From an uncultured candidatus Porisulfidus sp. (GTDB lineage Bacteria; Pseudomonadota; Gammaproteobacteria; Poriferisulfidales; Poriferisulfidaceae), in contig OZ241993.1 in NCBI GenBank assembly GCA_965204575.1, positions 352,001 through 416,000 on the forward strand: a stretch of DNA of 64,000 nucleotides. Direction: 5' to 3'. The translations under genes were made by a program, and so were the position numbers. Below, in pieces: positions 1 through 10,290 of this stretch. The notes under the pieces are model-generated. The model did not search any database and was not told where the DNA came from. It saw only the letters and a program-made list of their open reading frames with translations. The stretch's first letter is position 1; every line of letters begins with the position of its first letter.

Positions 1-1611
1 GCGCTCACCATGCAGCGAGTCAGCCTGCAACTGGAATTCACCTGCCTGATGCGCGTGGAGTTGGAAGCCGAGCAGGAACATCCGGAAGAATTGAAGGCAC
101 TGCTGCACGCGATCGAGACAGTCGGGCAGCAACACGGCGGCGACGTGGCCGACTTGAAGCAGGTCTTTGAAAAAATGGGCTTGCAGGACGGTGCGGAAGA
201 ACCGGCGCAGAGGCTGCACGCCATCGTCGCCTCCGCCGCGTGGCGCGTCCAGAATACCCGCGCGCGACATTACGCGTTAGCCTTGATCCCGAAAATGATC
301 GAAAGCGCCGGCCGGCAGGATGCTTCCGCACAAGTGCTGAATCTCTTGTTCGACGTGCTGGAAACCCTCCTGCGCCGACCCGACTGCATGGCTCTGTTGA
401 CCGAGAACCCTCCGGCACTGAACTTGCTCACCGAACTGACCAGCCGCAGTCCGTGGGTGCGGACCCAGGTCCTGGAGTCCCCGCACCTCATCGACGAATT
501 GCTCTCCCCGAACAGCTTGTTTGGAGAACGGACCCCGGAAATCCTGCAGAAAATCCTGCAACTCGCCCTGCCGGACGACGAGGACGACCTGGAGCAGCAA
601 ATGAGAGCCTTGCGCCAGTTCCGGCAATCCCAAACCCTGCAAATCGCCGCCTGCAACCTCGTGCACTCGAAATCCCTCTCGGACGTGAGCGACGAATTGA
701 CCTGGGTCGCTGAAACCGTTACCGCCTGCGCGTGGGAGCTGGCCCTGCAGCAGCAACTCCAGCGCCACGGCCAGCCGCACTGCATCGTCGATGGGCAGCG
801 CCGTCCGGCCCACTGCGCCATTGTCGCCTACGGCAAGTTCGGCGGGCTTGAAATGGGGTTCGACTCCGACCTGGACCTGGTGTTCGTGCATGACAGCGAT
901 GGCGAAGAGCAGATGACCGACGGGGAAAAGCCGGTATACAACGAATATTTCTTCACTCGCGTGGCGCAACGATTCATCCACATCATGGAGACTATGACCG
1001 CCTACGGCACCTTGTACGAAATCGATCCCCGGCTGCGGCCGGGCGGACAGTCCGGACAGCCGGTCTGCAGCCTGCACTACTATGAAAAATATCTGGAGGA
1101 AAAAGCCTGGACCTGGGAGCGTCAGGCATTGGCGCGGGCACGGGTGGTCGCGGGCCATGACGCGGTGCGGACAGCATTCGAGCAAGTCCGGGCACGCGTT
1201 TTATGCGTGCCGCGCGAACCCGCCGAACTGCAACAAGAGTTCGTGGACATGCGTCAGCGAATGCTGGATGCGCACCCCCCTCTATCCGAGTCTTTCCACA
1301 TCAAGAGGGACCCCGGCGGGATCACCGATCTGGAGTTCATGGTGCACTATAATGTATTGCTTCACGCTGGAAAACACCCGGAAATCATTGAGCCGACTGC
1401 CACAGTGATGATCCTGGATCGTCTGGCGCAATGTGGCCTGCTGGGCACCGAAACAACTGAATTCCTGCGCGCCTGCTACTTCAGTTACCGCGACCGGATA
1501 CACGTACTCAACCTGCAGGAGTTGCCGCCGCACTCTCCGCCGGACGAATTCGCCGGCGAACGCAAGAAAATTCGGGAACTTTGGGACGAGACCTTCGATC
1601 TGGCGACATGA
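1..1611 (+). CDS. glnE: Glutamine synthetase adenylyltransferase, 5'-truncated by the window edge
   Basis: YGKFGGLEMGFDSDLDLVF nucleotidyltransferase motif, LYEIDPRLRPGG, AWTWERQALARAR and HIKRDPGGITDLEF; glnE-ilvE synteny. Confidence 0.95.
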   Translation, partial: ALTMQRVSLQLEFTCLMRVELEAEQEHPEELKALLHAIETVGQQHGGDVADLKQVFEKMGLQDGAEEPAQRLHAIVASAAWRVQNTRARHYALALIPKMIESAGRQDASAQVLNLLFDVLETLLRRPDCMALLTENPPALNLLTELTSRSPWVRTQVLESPHLIDELLSPNSLFGERTPEILQKILQLALPDDEDDLEQQMRALRQFRQSQTLQIAACNLVHSKSLSDVSDELTWVAETVTACAWELALQQQLQRHGQPHCIVDGQRRPAHCAIVAYGKFGGLEMGFDSDLDLVFVHDSDGEEQMTDGEKPVYNEYFFTRVAQRFIHIMETMTAYGTLYEIDPRLRPGGQSGQPVCSLHYYEKYLEEKAWTWERQALARARVVAGHDAVRTAFEQVRARVLCVPREPAELQQEFVDMRQRMLDAHPPLSESFHIKRDPGGITDLEFMVHYNVLLHAGKHPEIIEPTATVMILDRLAQCGLLGTETTEFLRACYFSYRDRIHVLNLQELPPHSPPDEFAGERKKIRELWDETFDLAT

Positions 1612-2537
1612 GCACACTGGCCCCGCACCCGGACGCCGTAATCTGGCTGGACAACCGCTTGGTCCCCTGGGCCGAGGCAACCACGCATGTCTTGACCCAC
1701 AGCCTGCATTACGGCAGTGGCGTTTTCGAGGGGCTGCGGGCATTCGCCACCGAGCGAGGCCCCGCCATCTTCCGCCTGCAGGAGCACACCGACCGCCTGT
1801 TCACCTCGGCCGGTTGCGTCGACATGACTATCCCGTTCTCCCAAGAGGAAGTCAACCAGGCCTGCATCGACGTGGTCCGGAAAAACCGGCTGGAGACCGC
1901 GTACATCCGTCCGATCTGCTTCTACGGGGCAGAGGGATTGGGGCTGCACGCCAAGGGACTTGAAGTTCACACCGCAGTGGCCGCCTGGGAATGGGGCGCC
2001 TATTTGGGCGTGGAAGGCTTGGAACGCGGCATCCGCGTCTACACCTCGTCCATCATCCGCGATCGCGTCAATTCCCCGCTGACCAGTTCCAAGATCTGCG
2101 GGAATTACGTCTATTCGGCCGTGGCCACGGCACAAGCGAAGCAGGCGGGGTACGACGAGGCGTTGCTGCTGGAAGCGGACGGACGAATCTCGGAGGGCAG
2201 CGGTGAAAACCTGTTCATTGTTCGCGATGGCGTGCTGGAGACTCCAGCGCTAGGATCCGCTCTTGATGGAATCACCCGTCGCACCATCATCGAGCTGGCG
2301 CAGGAAGCCGATCTGGAGGTCCGCGAAAACCGGCTGGTCCGGGATGATCTGCTCCAATGCGAGGAAGCATTTTTTACCGGGACTGCAGCCGACGTCACCC
2401 CCATCCGGGAACTGGACGGCGAAGCCATCGGCAATGGCCAACGCGGGCCTGTCACCTCTCAGCTGCAGCAGCAATACCAAGACATCGTGAGCGGGCGTTC
2501 CGAGCGTCATCTTCACTGGCTGACATTGGTGGAATAA
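1608..2537 (+). CDS. ilvE: Branched-chain amino acid aminotransferase
   Basis: HSLHYGSGVFEGLRA, KICGNY (PLP lysine), EGSGENLF, LDGITR; ATG at 1608 overlaps the glnE stop. Confidence 0.95.
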   Translation: MSTLAPHPDAVIWLDNRLVPWAEATTHVLTHSLHYGSGVFEGLRAFATERGPAIFRLQEHTDRLFTSAGCVDMTIPFSQEEVNQACIDVVRKNRLETAYIRPICFYGAEGLGLHAKGLEVHTAVAAWEWGAYLGVEGLERGIRVYTSSIIRDRVNSPLTSSKICGNYVYSAVATAQAKQAGYDEALLLEADGRISEGSGENLFIVRDGVLETPALGSALDGITRRTIIELAQEADLEVRENRLVRDDLLQCEEAFFTGTAADVTPIRELDGEAIGNGQRGPVTSQLQQQYQDIVSGRSERHLHWLTLVE

Positions 2538-2539
2538 TC

Positions 2540-2767
2540 ATGCCCAATCCTCACACCGCGAAGCATCCGAGCTCCTTCAAGACGCCAAATCAGGCGGCTC
2601 AGCAAAATATTCGCCTCAAGCAACTCCCCCTCCACTGCCCCCTGCCGGGAACCAGCCTGTGGAATTCCCACCCCCGGATTTTCCTGCCGATTGAGGACAT
2701 GCCCGACGGCAAGATCCGGTGCCCTTATTGCGGCACTCTATACACGCTGGTGGACTCGGACAGCTGA
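2540..2767 (+). CDS. Zinc-finger (zf-CHCC-like) small protein
   Basis: LPLHCP...WNSHPRIFL...CPYCGT pattern; usual position after ilvE. Confidence 0.85.
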   Translation: MPNPHTAKHPSSFKTPNQAAQQNIRLKQLPLHCPLPGTSLWNSHPRIFLPIEDMPDGKIRCPYCGTLYTLVDSDS

Positions 2768-2772
2768 ATCCA

Positions 2773-4197
2773 GTGCATCTGAGCCTGCCCGATTTCTCCT
2801 CAGTCCGCGCCCTAGTGGTCGGCGATGTCATGCTGGACCGCTACTGGAGCGGGAACGCCGAACGTGTCTCTCCGGAGGCCCCGGTGCCCGTCGTCACCGT
2901 GGAAGACGAACAGCAACGGATTGGCGGGGCAGGCAACGTGGCCGTCAACATTGCTGCTCTGGGTGCCCAAACCACCCTTCTGGCCCCGGTCGGCCCGGAT
3001 CAGCCTGGCCGCACGTTCACCCGCCTGATTCGCAAGCATGGAATCGAAAACCGCCTGATGGTTCAAAGCGGGATGACCACGCCGCTTAAGCTCCGGGTCG
3101 TCAGTCAGCATCAGCAGCTGATCCGGCTGGATTTCGAGAAGCGTGCGAATTTAAACAAGACCCTGTTCCAGAAGCGGTTTCGTTCCGCCCTGAACCATTG
3201 CGATGTCGTCATCCTGTCGGATTACGGCAAGGGAGCCCTGGAAGACCCCCAGCCGCTGATTACCCTGTGCCGCCGCATGGGCAAGCCGGTGTTCGTGGAC
3301 CCCAAACGGGCCAATTTCTCCGCCTATGCCGGCGCCACCGCCATGACCCCGAATCGCCGGGAACTGGAAGCCGCGGTCGGGCCGGTTCCCTCTCTCGAGG
3401 CGATTTCCGCCCATGCCGAAAAACTCTGCCGCCGACACCGCCTGAAAGCGATGCTGGTCACCTTGGGAGAACAGGGCATGCTGTTGCAGAAAGGACGCGC
3501 AAGCACCCACCTTGCAGTGACGGCGCGCGATGTGTTCGATGTCACGGGTGCCGGGGACACCGTGATCGCCATGTTCGCATGCGCCCATGCCGCAGGACTG
3601 TCACTGGAAGAATCCATGCGGCTGGCAAACCTGGCCGCAGGCCAGGTGGTCGGCAAGTTTGGAACGGCGGCCGTCACGCCGGATGAACTGAAGCGGGCCA
3701 TGCGCCTTGAACGGAAAACGGAAACCGGCATTGTTCCCTACAACACCCTTCGCCGGCTGGTCCGTGAAACCCGGGAACTGGGTGAAACCGTGGTGTTTAC
3801 GAACGGCTGCTTCGATCTTCTTCATGCCGGTCATGTGGCACTGCTGGAACAGGCGGCAGAGCTTGGCGACCGACTGGTCGTGGCGGTCAACAGCGATTCC
3901 TCGGTTCGCCGCAACAAGGGGACGGGTCGTCCGATTCAGCTACTCAAGTACCGGCAGCAAGTGCTGGCGGGCCTGGAATGCGTGGACTGGGTCGTGTCGT
4001 TTTCCCAAGATACGCCGGAACAGTTGATCCGCGAAATCCTGCCGGATGTGCTGGTCAAGGGAGCCGACTACAAGCCTTCCCAGATCGTCGGCAAAAAAGA
4101 AGTCGAGAAAGCGGGCGGGAAAGTCGTCGTCCTGCCGCTGATGGAAGGCTACTCGACCACGGATCTGATCCGGCGTATCCGCGAGAGCGAGGAATAG
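2773..4197 (+). CDS. hldE: Bifunctional heptose-7-phosphate kinase / heptose-1-phosphate adenylyltransferase
   Basis: VVGDVMLDRYW, SPEAPVPV, DVTGAGDTV, FTNGCFDLLHAGHV; GTG start inferred. Confidence 0.95.
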   Translation: MHLSLPDFSSVRALVVGDVMLDRYWSGNAERVSPEAPVPVVTVEDEQQRIGGAGNVAVNIAALGAQTTLLAPVGPDQPGRTFTRLIRKHGIENRLMVQSGMTTPLKLRVVSQHQQLIRLDFEKRANLNKTLFQKRFRSALNHCDVVILSDYGKGALEDPQPLITLCRRMGKPVFVDPKRANFSAYAGATAMTPNRRELEAAVGPVPSLEAISAHAEKLCRRHRLKAMLVTLGEQGMLLQKGRASTHLAVTARDVFDVTGAGDTVIAMFACAHAAGLSLEESMRLANLAAGQVVGKFGTAAVTPDELKRAMRLERKTETGIVPYNTLRRLVRETRELGETVVFTNGCFDLLHAGHVALLEQAAELGDRLVVAVNSDSSVRRNKGTGRPIQLLKYRQQVLAGLECVDWVVSFSQDTPEQLIREILPDVLVKGADYKPSQIVGKKEVEKAGGKVVVLPLMEGYSTTDLIRRIRESEE

Positions 4198-4200
4198 GCC

Positions 4201-5226
4201 GTGGCAGACCAGGATTCCCGCATCCTGGTGATCGCGCAAGCCTGGGTCGGCGATGTCGTACTCAGCCAGATCCTGTACGCCCTGCTCAAACGCCGGCAGC
4301 CTGATGTCTCCATTGACGTCGTCGCGCCCTCTTGGGCGGAGGCATTGCTCGGGCGGATGCCCCAGGTTTCTCGCCACATTCCTCTTGATGTCCGGCACGG
4401 GCAGCTCGGGCTGTGGCGGCGGTGGGCGACAGCCCGCCGCTTGGATGCGCAGTATCAACAGGCGATCATCATCCCGCGCTCCGTAAAAGCGGCATTGGTG
4501 CCTTGGGCCGCCGGAATCAGGCAGAGAACCGGCTTTGACGCCGGAATCCGCAATGTGCTGATCAATGATTCCCGCTCCCGGCCACCGGGCATTCTCGCCC
4601 GGATGGCACGCCTGACATCGCCGGATCCTGTCGACTCGAATTCCATCCCCTACCCGAGTTTGGAAGTGGATTCGGAACAGACAGCCAGCGTGTTTCGACA
4701 ATGGAACATGGATCCCGATGAAACGGTCGTCGGACTGATGCCGGGTGCCGCCTACGGCCGAGCCAAACAATGGGGTGAGGGATCCTTCGTCCGGCTGGCG
4801 ACCCTGCTCGCCGAGCAAGGGCATCGGATCTGCGTGATCGGCACGGCGGGAGATCGCCCCCTCGGCGACGGCATCGTCCAGGCCGCGCCGGAGCAGACCG
4901 TGAACCTGTGCGGGGAAACCACGCTGGACCAAGCCGTCCACCTGGTTTCGGGGCTTGCGGCTGCGGTTTGCAATGATTCCGGACTGATGCACGTGGCTGC
5001 CGCCGTGAATACTCCCGTCGTCGGCATTTACGGCCCCACCAGCCCCGACACGCACCCGCCCCTGGCCGATGCCCGAAAAATTTGCTCGGCGCGGACCCTG
5101 TGCAGCCCCTGCCATCAGCGCACCTGCCCTTACGGGCACCACGCCTGCATGACCCGCATCACCCCCGAGCAGGTGTGTGAAGCCACACTTTCGTTGCTTC
5201 ATGACCGATCTCCATTGCTACAATAA
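4201..5226 (+). CDS. waaF: LPS heptosyltransferase II (GT9)
   Basis: WVGDVVLSQ, PGAAYGRAKQW, CNDSGLMHVAAA, CSPCHQRTCPYGHHACM. Confidence 0.92.
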   Translation: MADQDSRILVIAQAWVGDVVLSQILYALLKRRQPDVSIDVVAPSWAEALLGRMPQVSRHIPLDVRHGQLGLWRRWATARRLDAQYQQAIIIPRSVKAALVPWAAGIRQRTGFDAGIRNVLINDSRSRPPGILARMARLTSPDPVDSNSIPYPSLEVDSEQTASVFRQWNMDPDETVVGLMPGAAYGRAKQWGEGSFVRLATLLAEQGHRICVIGTAGDRPLGDGIVQAAPEQTVNLCGETTLDQAVHLVSGLAAAVCNDSGLMHVAAAVNTPVVGIYGPTSPDTHPPLADARKICSARTLCSPCHQRTCPYGHHACMTRITPEQVCEATLSLLHDRSPLLQ

Positions 5227-5275
5227 TTAATCGCTCCGTACCTGAAAGAAAGGGCGGAGTGTCTGGAGCCTGAAG

Positions 5276-5363
5276 GCCGAGATGGCGGAATTGGTAGACG
5301 CGCCGGACTCAAAATCCGGTGGGGTAGTCCCCCGTGTGGGTTCGAGTCCCACTCTCGGTACCA
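5276..5363 (+). tRNA. tRNA-Leu (anticodon CAA)
   Basis: Acceptor stem GCCGAGA/TCTCGGT plus ACCA; anticodon arm CCGGA-CTCAAAA-TCCGG; long variable arm; GGTTCGAGTCC T-loop. Confidence 0.97.
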
Positions 5364-5416
5364 ACAGCCACGGCATATCATAGGTGGAAGCTGGCACTCT
5401 CTTCGAAGCCCCCCCG

Positions 5417-5722
5417 ATGCCGTATTACAAGCGCCATGTTTTCTTCTGCGTCAACCGGAGGGAAGACGAAGCCTGCTGTCAGGACCATGACGCCCGCGCG
5501 ATGCGGGACTACGCCAAGAAGCGCTGCCAGGAACTCGGCATTCACGGAGCCGGGCAGACCCGAATCAATCAATCAGGCTGTCTTGACCGGTGTGCCGAAG
5601 GCCCGATCATCGTCGTCTATCCGGAAGGCACTTGGTACCGCTACCGCGACCAGGCGGATGTGGACCGAATCATTGATCAACACCTGATTCACGGAAAGCC
5701 CGTCAAGGAACTGGAGATCTGA
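5417..5722 (+). CDS. Thioredoxin-like [2Fe-2S] ferredoxin
   Basis: HVFFCVN...CC...GCLDRCAEGPIIVVYPEGTWY. Confidence 0.9.
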   Translation: MPYYKRHVFFCVNRREDEACCQDHDARAMRDYAKKRCQELGIHGAGQTRINQSGCLDRCAEGPIIVVYPEGTWYRYRDQADVDRIIDQHLIHGKPVKELEI

Positions 5723-5724
5723 CG

Positions 5725-6762
5725 ATGGATTTCCGTCCGCTTGGCGACACCGGCCTTGACGTCAGCGTCATCTGCCTCGGCACCATGACGTTCGGCGAAC
5801 AGAACACCGAGGCCGAGGCTCATCACCAACTGGACTGTGCGTTCGATTTTGGGGTCAATTTCATCGACACCGCCGAAATGTACGCCATTCCAACCTGTGC
5901 ACGGACTCAAGGATTGACCGAACAATATATCGGCACTTGGCTCGCTTCTTCCCGTGTCCCCAGGGACCGAGTAGTGGTGGCGACCAAGGTGACGGGCCCC
6001 AGTGAATCCATGGATTACTTGCGTGACGGGCCGCGCTTGAACGCAAAGCACATCAATCAAGCCATCGACGACAGTTTGCGTCGCCTGCAGACGGACTACA
6101 TCGACCTCTACCAGGTTCATTGGCCGGAACGCAACACCAATTACTTTGGGCAATTGGGTTATCGGTTTGAGGACGATGAAGATGTGATTCCAATCGAAGA
6201 AACCTATGAGGCATTATGCCGGTTGGTCGAGTCCGGCAAGGCGCGGGCCATAGGAATATCCAATGAAACCCCATGGGGAATGGCGGAATATCTGCGGCTT
6301 TCACGCGAGGGTTCTGGACCCCGCATTGTCTCCATCCAGAATCCCTATAACTTGCTGAACCGAACCTTTGAAGTCGGCCTAGCCGAAATGGCAATACGGG
6401 AGCATTGCGGCCTACTGGCTTATTCTCCTCTCGGATTCGGTGTCTTGACCGGGAAATATGAGCAGGGGCGTCCTCGGGGCTCCCGCCTCCAACGCTGGAA
6501 TTACTTCACCCGTTACAGCAATCCGCAGGCGCAGGCTGCCACCGCCAAATACGTTGCACTCTCTCGTCAATACGACCTGACGCCCGCGCAGATGGCCTTG
6601 AGTTTCATCCAGCAACAACCTTTTGTGACCAGTGCCATCATTGGTGCCACCACTATTGAGCAGCTCCAGGAAAACCTGGAAAGCGCCAATCTGGAACTGC
6701 CTCGCCAGTTGCTGCGCGAAATCGATGCCGTTCACGAGGCCCAGCCCAACCCCGCGCCCTGA
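5725..6762 (+). CDS. tas: NADP(H)-dependent aldo-keto reductase (Tas family)
   Basis: LGTMTFGEQN, IDTAEMY, DLYQVHWP, SIQNPYNLLNR, LLAYSPLGFG. Confidence 0.9.
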   Translation: MDFRPLGDTGLDVSVICLGTMTFGEQNTEAEAHHQLDCAFDFGVNFIDTAEMYAIPTCARTQGLTEQYIGTWLASSRVPRDRVVVATKVTGPSESMDYLRDGPRLNAKHINQAIDDSLRRLQTDYIDLYQVHWPERNTNYFGQLGYRFEDDEDVIPIEETYEALCRLVESGKARAIGISNETPWGMAEYLRLSREGSGPRIVSIQNPYNLLNRTFEVGLAEMAIREHCGLLAYSPLGFGVLTGKYEQGRPRGSRLQRWNYFTRYSNPQAQAATAKYVALSRQYDLTPAQMALSFIQQQPFVTSAIIGATTIEQLQENLESANLELPRQLLREIDAVHEAQPNPAP

Positions 6763-6764
6763 TG

Positions 6765-7478
6765 TCACATTGGCGGTGACAGCTGCGCCCCTGCCGCTTC
6801 AATCCACTCCTTGACCTGATCGTTCAATTCGGCAGGCTTCAATTTTCCCGCTTGGATCGGAGACCCGATCCGGAGCGTGACCTTGCCGGGCTTCTTGAAG
6901 AATCCGCGCGGCCAGAAATGACCCGCATTGTGCGCCATCGGAAGAACCGGAATCCGGCTTTGCGTCGCGATATGTGCTCCGCCAGCCTGGTAAGGACGGC
7001 GCTCCCCCACCGGAAGGCGGGTTCCCTCCGGGAAAATGACCACCACATCGCCTCGTGCGAATCGCCCTCGCGCCTGTTGCAGCAGGCGCTTCAGGCTCCG
7101 AACCGGGCTGCTTCGGTCAATGACGATCGGGCGGGTCAACGCCAACCCCCAACCGATTACCGGCAACCACAGCAAGGACCGCTTGAGCACAAACGCCGGC
7201 TGCGGCAATAGGACCACCAGCAAAACCGTCTCGAATGCCGACTGGTGATTGGCCATGAGCATATAGGGCCCAGTTTCCGGGAGGTTCTCACGCCCACGAA
7301 TTTCATAGGTGATTCCGCAAAACACCCTTGCACACCAGAGAACGGACACATTCCAGAAGCTCAGCAGCCGGTAGCACGGGCGCCGAGGCAAGCAGGCCGC
7401 GACCGGCACGACGAATACGGCAGCCAGGGTGGCGACAAGCACCCCCAGATAAAAACCCGTGGAACGGATGGCGGACAT
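6765..7478 (-). CDS. plsC: 1-acyl-sn-glycerol-3-phosphate acyltransferase
   Basis: NHQS and IFPEGTR motifs; glyS-gmhB-plsC synteny. Confidence 0.9.
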   Translation of the reverse strand: MSAIRSTGFYLGVLVATLAAVFVVPVAACLPRRPCYRLLSFWNVSVLWCARVFCGITYEIRGRENLPETGPYMLMANHQSAFETVLLVVLLPQPAFVLKRSLLWLPVIGWGLALTRPIVIDRSSPVRSLKRLLQQARGRFARGDVVVIFPEGTRLPVGERRPYQAGGAHIATQSRIPVLPMAHNAGHFWPRGFFKKPGKVTLRIGSPIQAGKLKPAELNDQVKEWIEAAGAQLSPPM

Positions 7479-7488
7479 CCCGCTGCGC

Positions 7489-8031
7489 TCAGGAGGATGG
7501 CGCCAGCAGTTCGTCTACGAATGAGTACAGGTCGTCGTATACCTCAACGCCGTCCGGCAAGTCCTCGTCCTTTTCAGTCTGCTTGCCGTAACCGGTGCGC
7601 ACGAGAATCGGGCGGGCACCTGCTGCCACCGCTGCCCGAATATCCGACAGCTTGTCTCCGACAGCCGGCACATCGGCGAGATCGGTCTCGCAACGGTTTG
7701 CAATATCCTCAAACATGCCCGGGTTAGGCTTGCGGCAATTACTCCCCGTGTCCGGCGCATCCGGGCAGAAGAAGATGGCATCCACCCAGCCGCCGAAGCG
7801 GCCCAGCGAGTTATGCATTTTCTGGTGAATCCGGTTGAGGGTGTCCATATCGATCATGCCGCGGCCAATCCCCGACTGGTTGGTCGCAAGCACCACCCGG
7901 TAACCCGCCTCGTTCAAGCGGGACACCGCCTGCATGCTGCTGTCGATCGGCACCCATTCCTCCGGCGTTTTGATGAAGTCCCCCCTTTCCTCGTTCAGGA
8001 CTCCGTCGCGATCCAGAATTATCAGTTTCAT
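7489..8031 (-). CDS. gmhB: D,D-heptose 1,7-bisphosphate phosphatase
   Basis: LDRDGV HAD motif, TNQSGIGRG, CRKPNPGM, VGD. Confidence 0.93.
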   Translation of the reverse strand: MKLIILDRDGVLNEERGDFIKTPEEWVPIDSSMQAVSRLNEAGYRVVLATNQSGIGRGMIDMDTLNRIHQKMHNSLGRFGGWVDAIFFCPDAPDTGSNCRKPNPGMFEDIANRCETDLADVPAVGDKLSDIRAAVAAGARPILVRTGYGKQTEKDEDLPDGVEVYDDLYSFVDELLAPSS

Positions 8032-8045
8032 GGTCAGGATGTCAT

Positions 8046-10139
8046 TCAGTCTTGCAGGCGAGAGAAATCCGCGATTCCCAGAAACAGATCCTGTAGACCC
8101 CGCAAAAGACGCAGGCGATTATGACGTATTTTTTGATCTTCCGCCATCACCAGCACTTCGTCGAAGAAGGCCGAGACCGGCTCGGCCAATGCGGCAAGCG
8201 CGCCCAGCGCTTCTCCGTAGGCGCCTGCCGCGCAATTTTTCAGCACTTCCTCGCGTACCGCGACAAGCCGGTCCGCGAGTGTACGCTCGGCGGGCTCCGT
8301 CAACAGTTCGGGGTTGACCTCGGCATCGTTTACGTCGGCTTCGCGCAGGATGTTCCGAATTCGCTTGTGTGTCGCAACCAGCACTTTCGCCTGCGGCGAG
8401 TCCCGGAAATCCTCGACTGCCCGCACCCGCCCGAAAGCATCCAGCGGTCGGGCCGACCCGACCGCCAGAACCGCCTCGATGGCGTCTCTGGATTGCCCTC
8501 GCTCGGCTCCGTACCCGTACATCCGGTCAGCCAGATAACCCCACACCGCCTGCGGAATACCGTCGGCATGAAAGGATTCCGGGTACTCCTTGACTGCCTG
8601 CGCCAGGCAATCCTCCAAGTCCAGATCCAAACCGCATTCCACCACCAGGCGCAGAACACCGTAAGCGGCGCGCCGTACGCCCAGCGGATCCCGGGTCCCG
8701 GTCGGGATTTCGCCTATCGAAAAGACCCCGGCCAGCATGTCCAGCCGGTCGGCCAAGGCCAGCACCTGGCCCGGCAAAGTTTCCGGCAGCGCATCATCCG
8801 CGTACCGTGGTCGGTAGTGGTCTGAAACAGCTCGGCAGACGGCATCCCCCTCCTCTTCAATCCGGGCGTAGTACGCGCCCATGACTCCCTGGAGCTTGGG
8901 AAATGATTGCACGATGTCCGTGCCCAGATCCGCCTTGCACAAATGTGCTGCACGACAGACGGTTTTCACATCCGCATCCGCTTTTCGGGCCACGTATTCC
9001 GCTAGTTCCTCAATGCGCTGAACGCGCTCAAGCAACGTGCCCAGTTTTCGATGGAAAACCACCCGGCCCAAGTCCTCCACACGAGAGCCGAACGACTTCA
9101 AGCGGTCACGCTCAAGATAAAAGGCGGCATCCTGAAGCCGGGAACGCACCACCCGCTCGCAGCCCACTCTAATGTCTCCATTCACGTCCGGAAGATTGGC
9201 GACGGCAAAGAAATGCCGGGACAATACGCCGTCCGGCCCCCGAGTCGAAAAATACTGCTGCTGATCCTCCAGCACCGCCCGAATGACTTCCTCCGGCAAA
9301 TCCAGGAATTCTTCATCGAAGCGTCCCGCAACCACTACTGGAAATTCCGCACTGGCACACACTTCCTCAAGCAGGGACTCCGGTCGAATCGCTGATACCT
9401 TGAACTCGGCCTCGAATTCCTCGATTTGCGACAAAACCTCCTGCTTACGTGCCGCTGCCTCTACCAGTACGTGACCCTGCTCCTTCAGAGCATTCTCGTA
9501 AGCTCCCGCATCCCCCAGTTCGACACTTTGTTCGCCAAGAAAGCGGTGGCCCCGCGTGACTGCGCCACAGGGGGTGTTCATGATTTCTCCAGCAATTGGC
9601 TCGCCACCGTACAGCAATGCCACCCATCGGACAGGGCGAAGAAAGCTCGTCTCTTCCGTTCCCCAGCGCATGCGTTTCTCCAATGGCAGCCCCGCCAAGG
9701 CCCGGTCGAAAATCTCCGGGAGCAGTTCCCGGCAATCACGGGGCTCGACCACTTCGTCAAACTTGAGCCATTCTCCCTTGTCCGTCTTCAGGCGGTCCTC
9801 TCCGGCTTTCCAACGTTGCATTTGTTCTGAATCGGCTTGGCATCCCTTGGCAAAACCCAGTAGTGCCCGGGTGGGTTCGCCTTCCGAGTCGAAAGCGGCT
9901 TCCACCGAGGGGCCTTTACGCATTTCGGTGGCGCCCGCCGTCCGTTCCGCCACGCCCGGAATCCGTAATGCCAAGCGCCTTGACGATGCATACGCTGTCA
10001 CGGCCTGGTCGAACGGGAGACTCACACTCTCCAGTTCGGCAACCACTGCAGCCACCAAGGACTCCCTGAGGGCCTCCAGAGAACGGGGTGGGAGTTCTTC
10101 CGTGCCGAGTTCGAACAGCACGGCTCTGGCTTCGGTCAT
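8046..10139 (-). CDS. glyS: Glycine-tRNA ligase beta subunit
   Basis: ELGTEELPP, KRMRWG...FLRPVRW, FPKLQGVMG, PTGTRDPLGVRRAA, FFDEVLVM. Confidence 0.97.
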   Translation of the reverse strand: MTEARAVLFELGTEELPPRSLEALRESLVAAVVAELESVSLPFDQAVTAYASSRRLALRIPGVAERTAGATEMRKGPSVEAAFDSEGEPTRALLGFAKGCQADSEQMQRWKAGEDRLKTDKGEWLKFDEVVEPRDCRELLPEIFDRALAGLPLEKRMRWGTEETSFLRPVRWVALLYGGEPIAGEIMNTPCGAVTRGHRFLGEQSVELGDAGAYENALKEQGHVLVEAAARKQEVLSQIEEFEAEFKVSAIRPESLLEEVCASAEFPVVVAGRFDEEFLDLPEEVIRAVLEDQQQYFSTRGPDGVLSRHFFAVANLPDVNGDIRVGCERVVRSRLQDAAFYLERDRLKSFGSRVEDLGRVVFHRKLGTLLERVQRIEELAEYVARKADADVKTVCRAAHLCKADLGTDIVQSFPKLQGVMGAYYARIEEEGDAVCRAVSDHYRPRYADDALPETLPGQVLALADRLDMLAGVFSIGEIPTGTRDPLGVRRAAYGVLRLVVECGLDLDLEDCLAQAVKEYPESFHADGIPQAVWGYLADRMYGYGAERGQSRDAIEAVLAVGSARPLDAFGRVRAVEDFRDSPQAKVLVATHKRIRNILREADVNDAEVNPELLTEPAERTLADRLVAVREEVLKNCAAGAYGEALGALAALAEPVSAFFDEVLVMAEDQKIRHNRLRLLRGLQDLFLGIADFSRLQD

Positions 10140-10145
10140 TGGGCC

Positions 10146-10290
10146 TTATACACAATAGTCCGCAAGCAGACTCTGTATATCCATTGACAGATCTCCGGGG
10201 TCACTTGAAAGAGTCGCGCCCGAAGGTCCGGCCCTAACAGAGGCGAACGCCCCTCCCTGTCCAGCCGCGCCAGTCCCCAGCGCCAATATG
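10146..10290 (-). ncRNA. Putative omegaRNA scaffold overlapping the tnpB 3' end
   Basis: Terminal stem TATACA..AGTC/GACT..TGTATA and a GACAG/CTGTC pairing; same layout as the second tnpB element; TnpB omegaRNAs are known to overlap the gene end. Confidence 0.6.

Noticed and set aside
5276-5416. tRNA-Leu genes as island integration sites
   Set aside because: No integrase and no duplicated tRNA 3' end seen downstream of either tRNA
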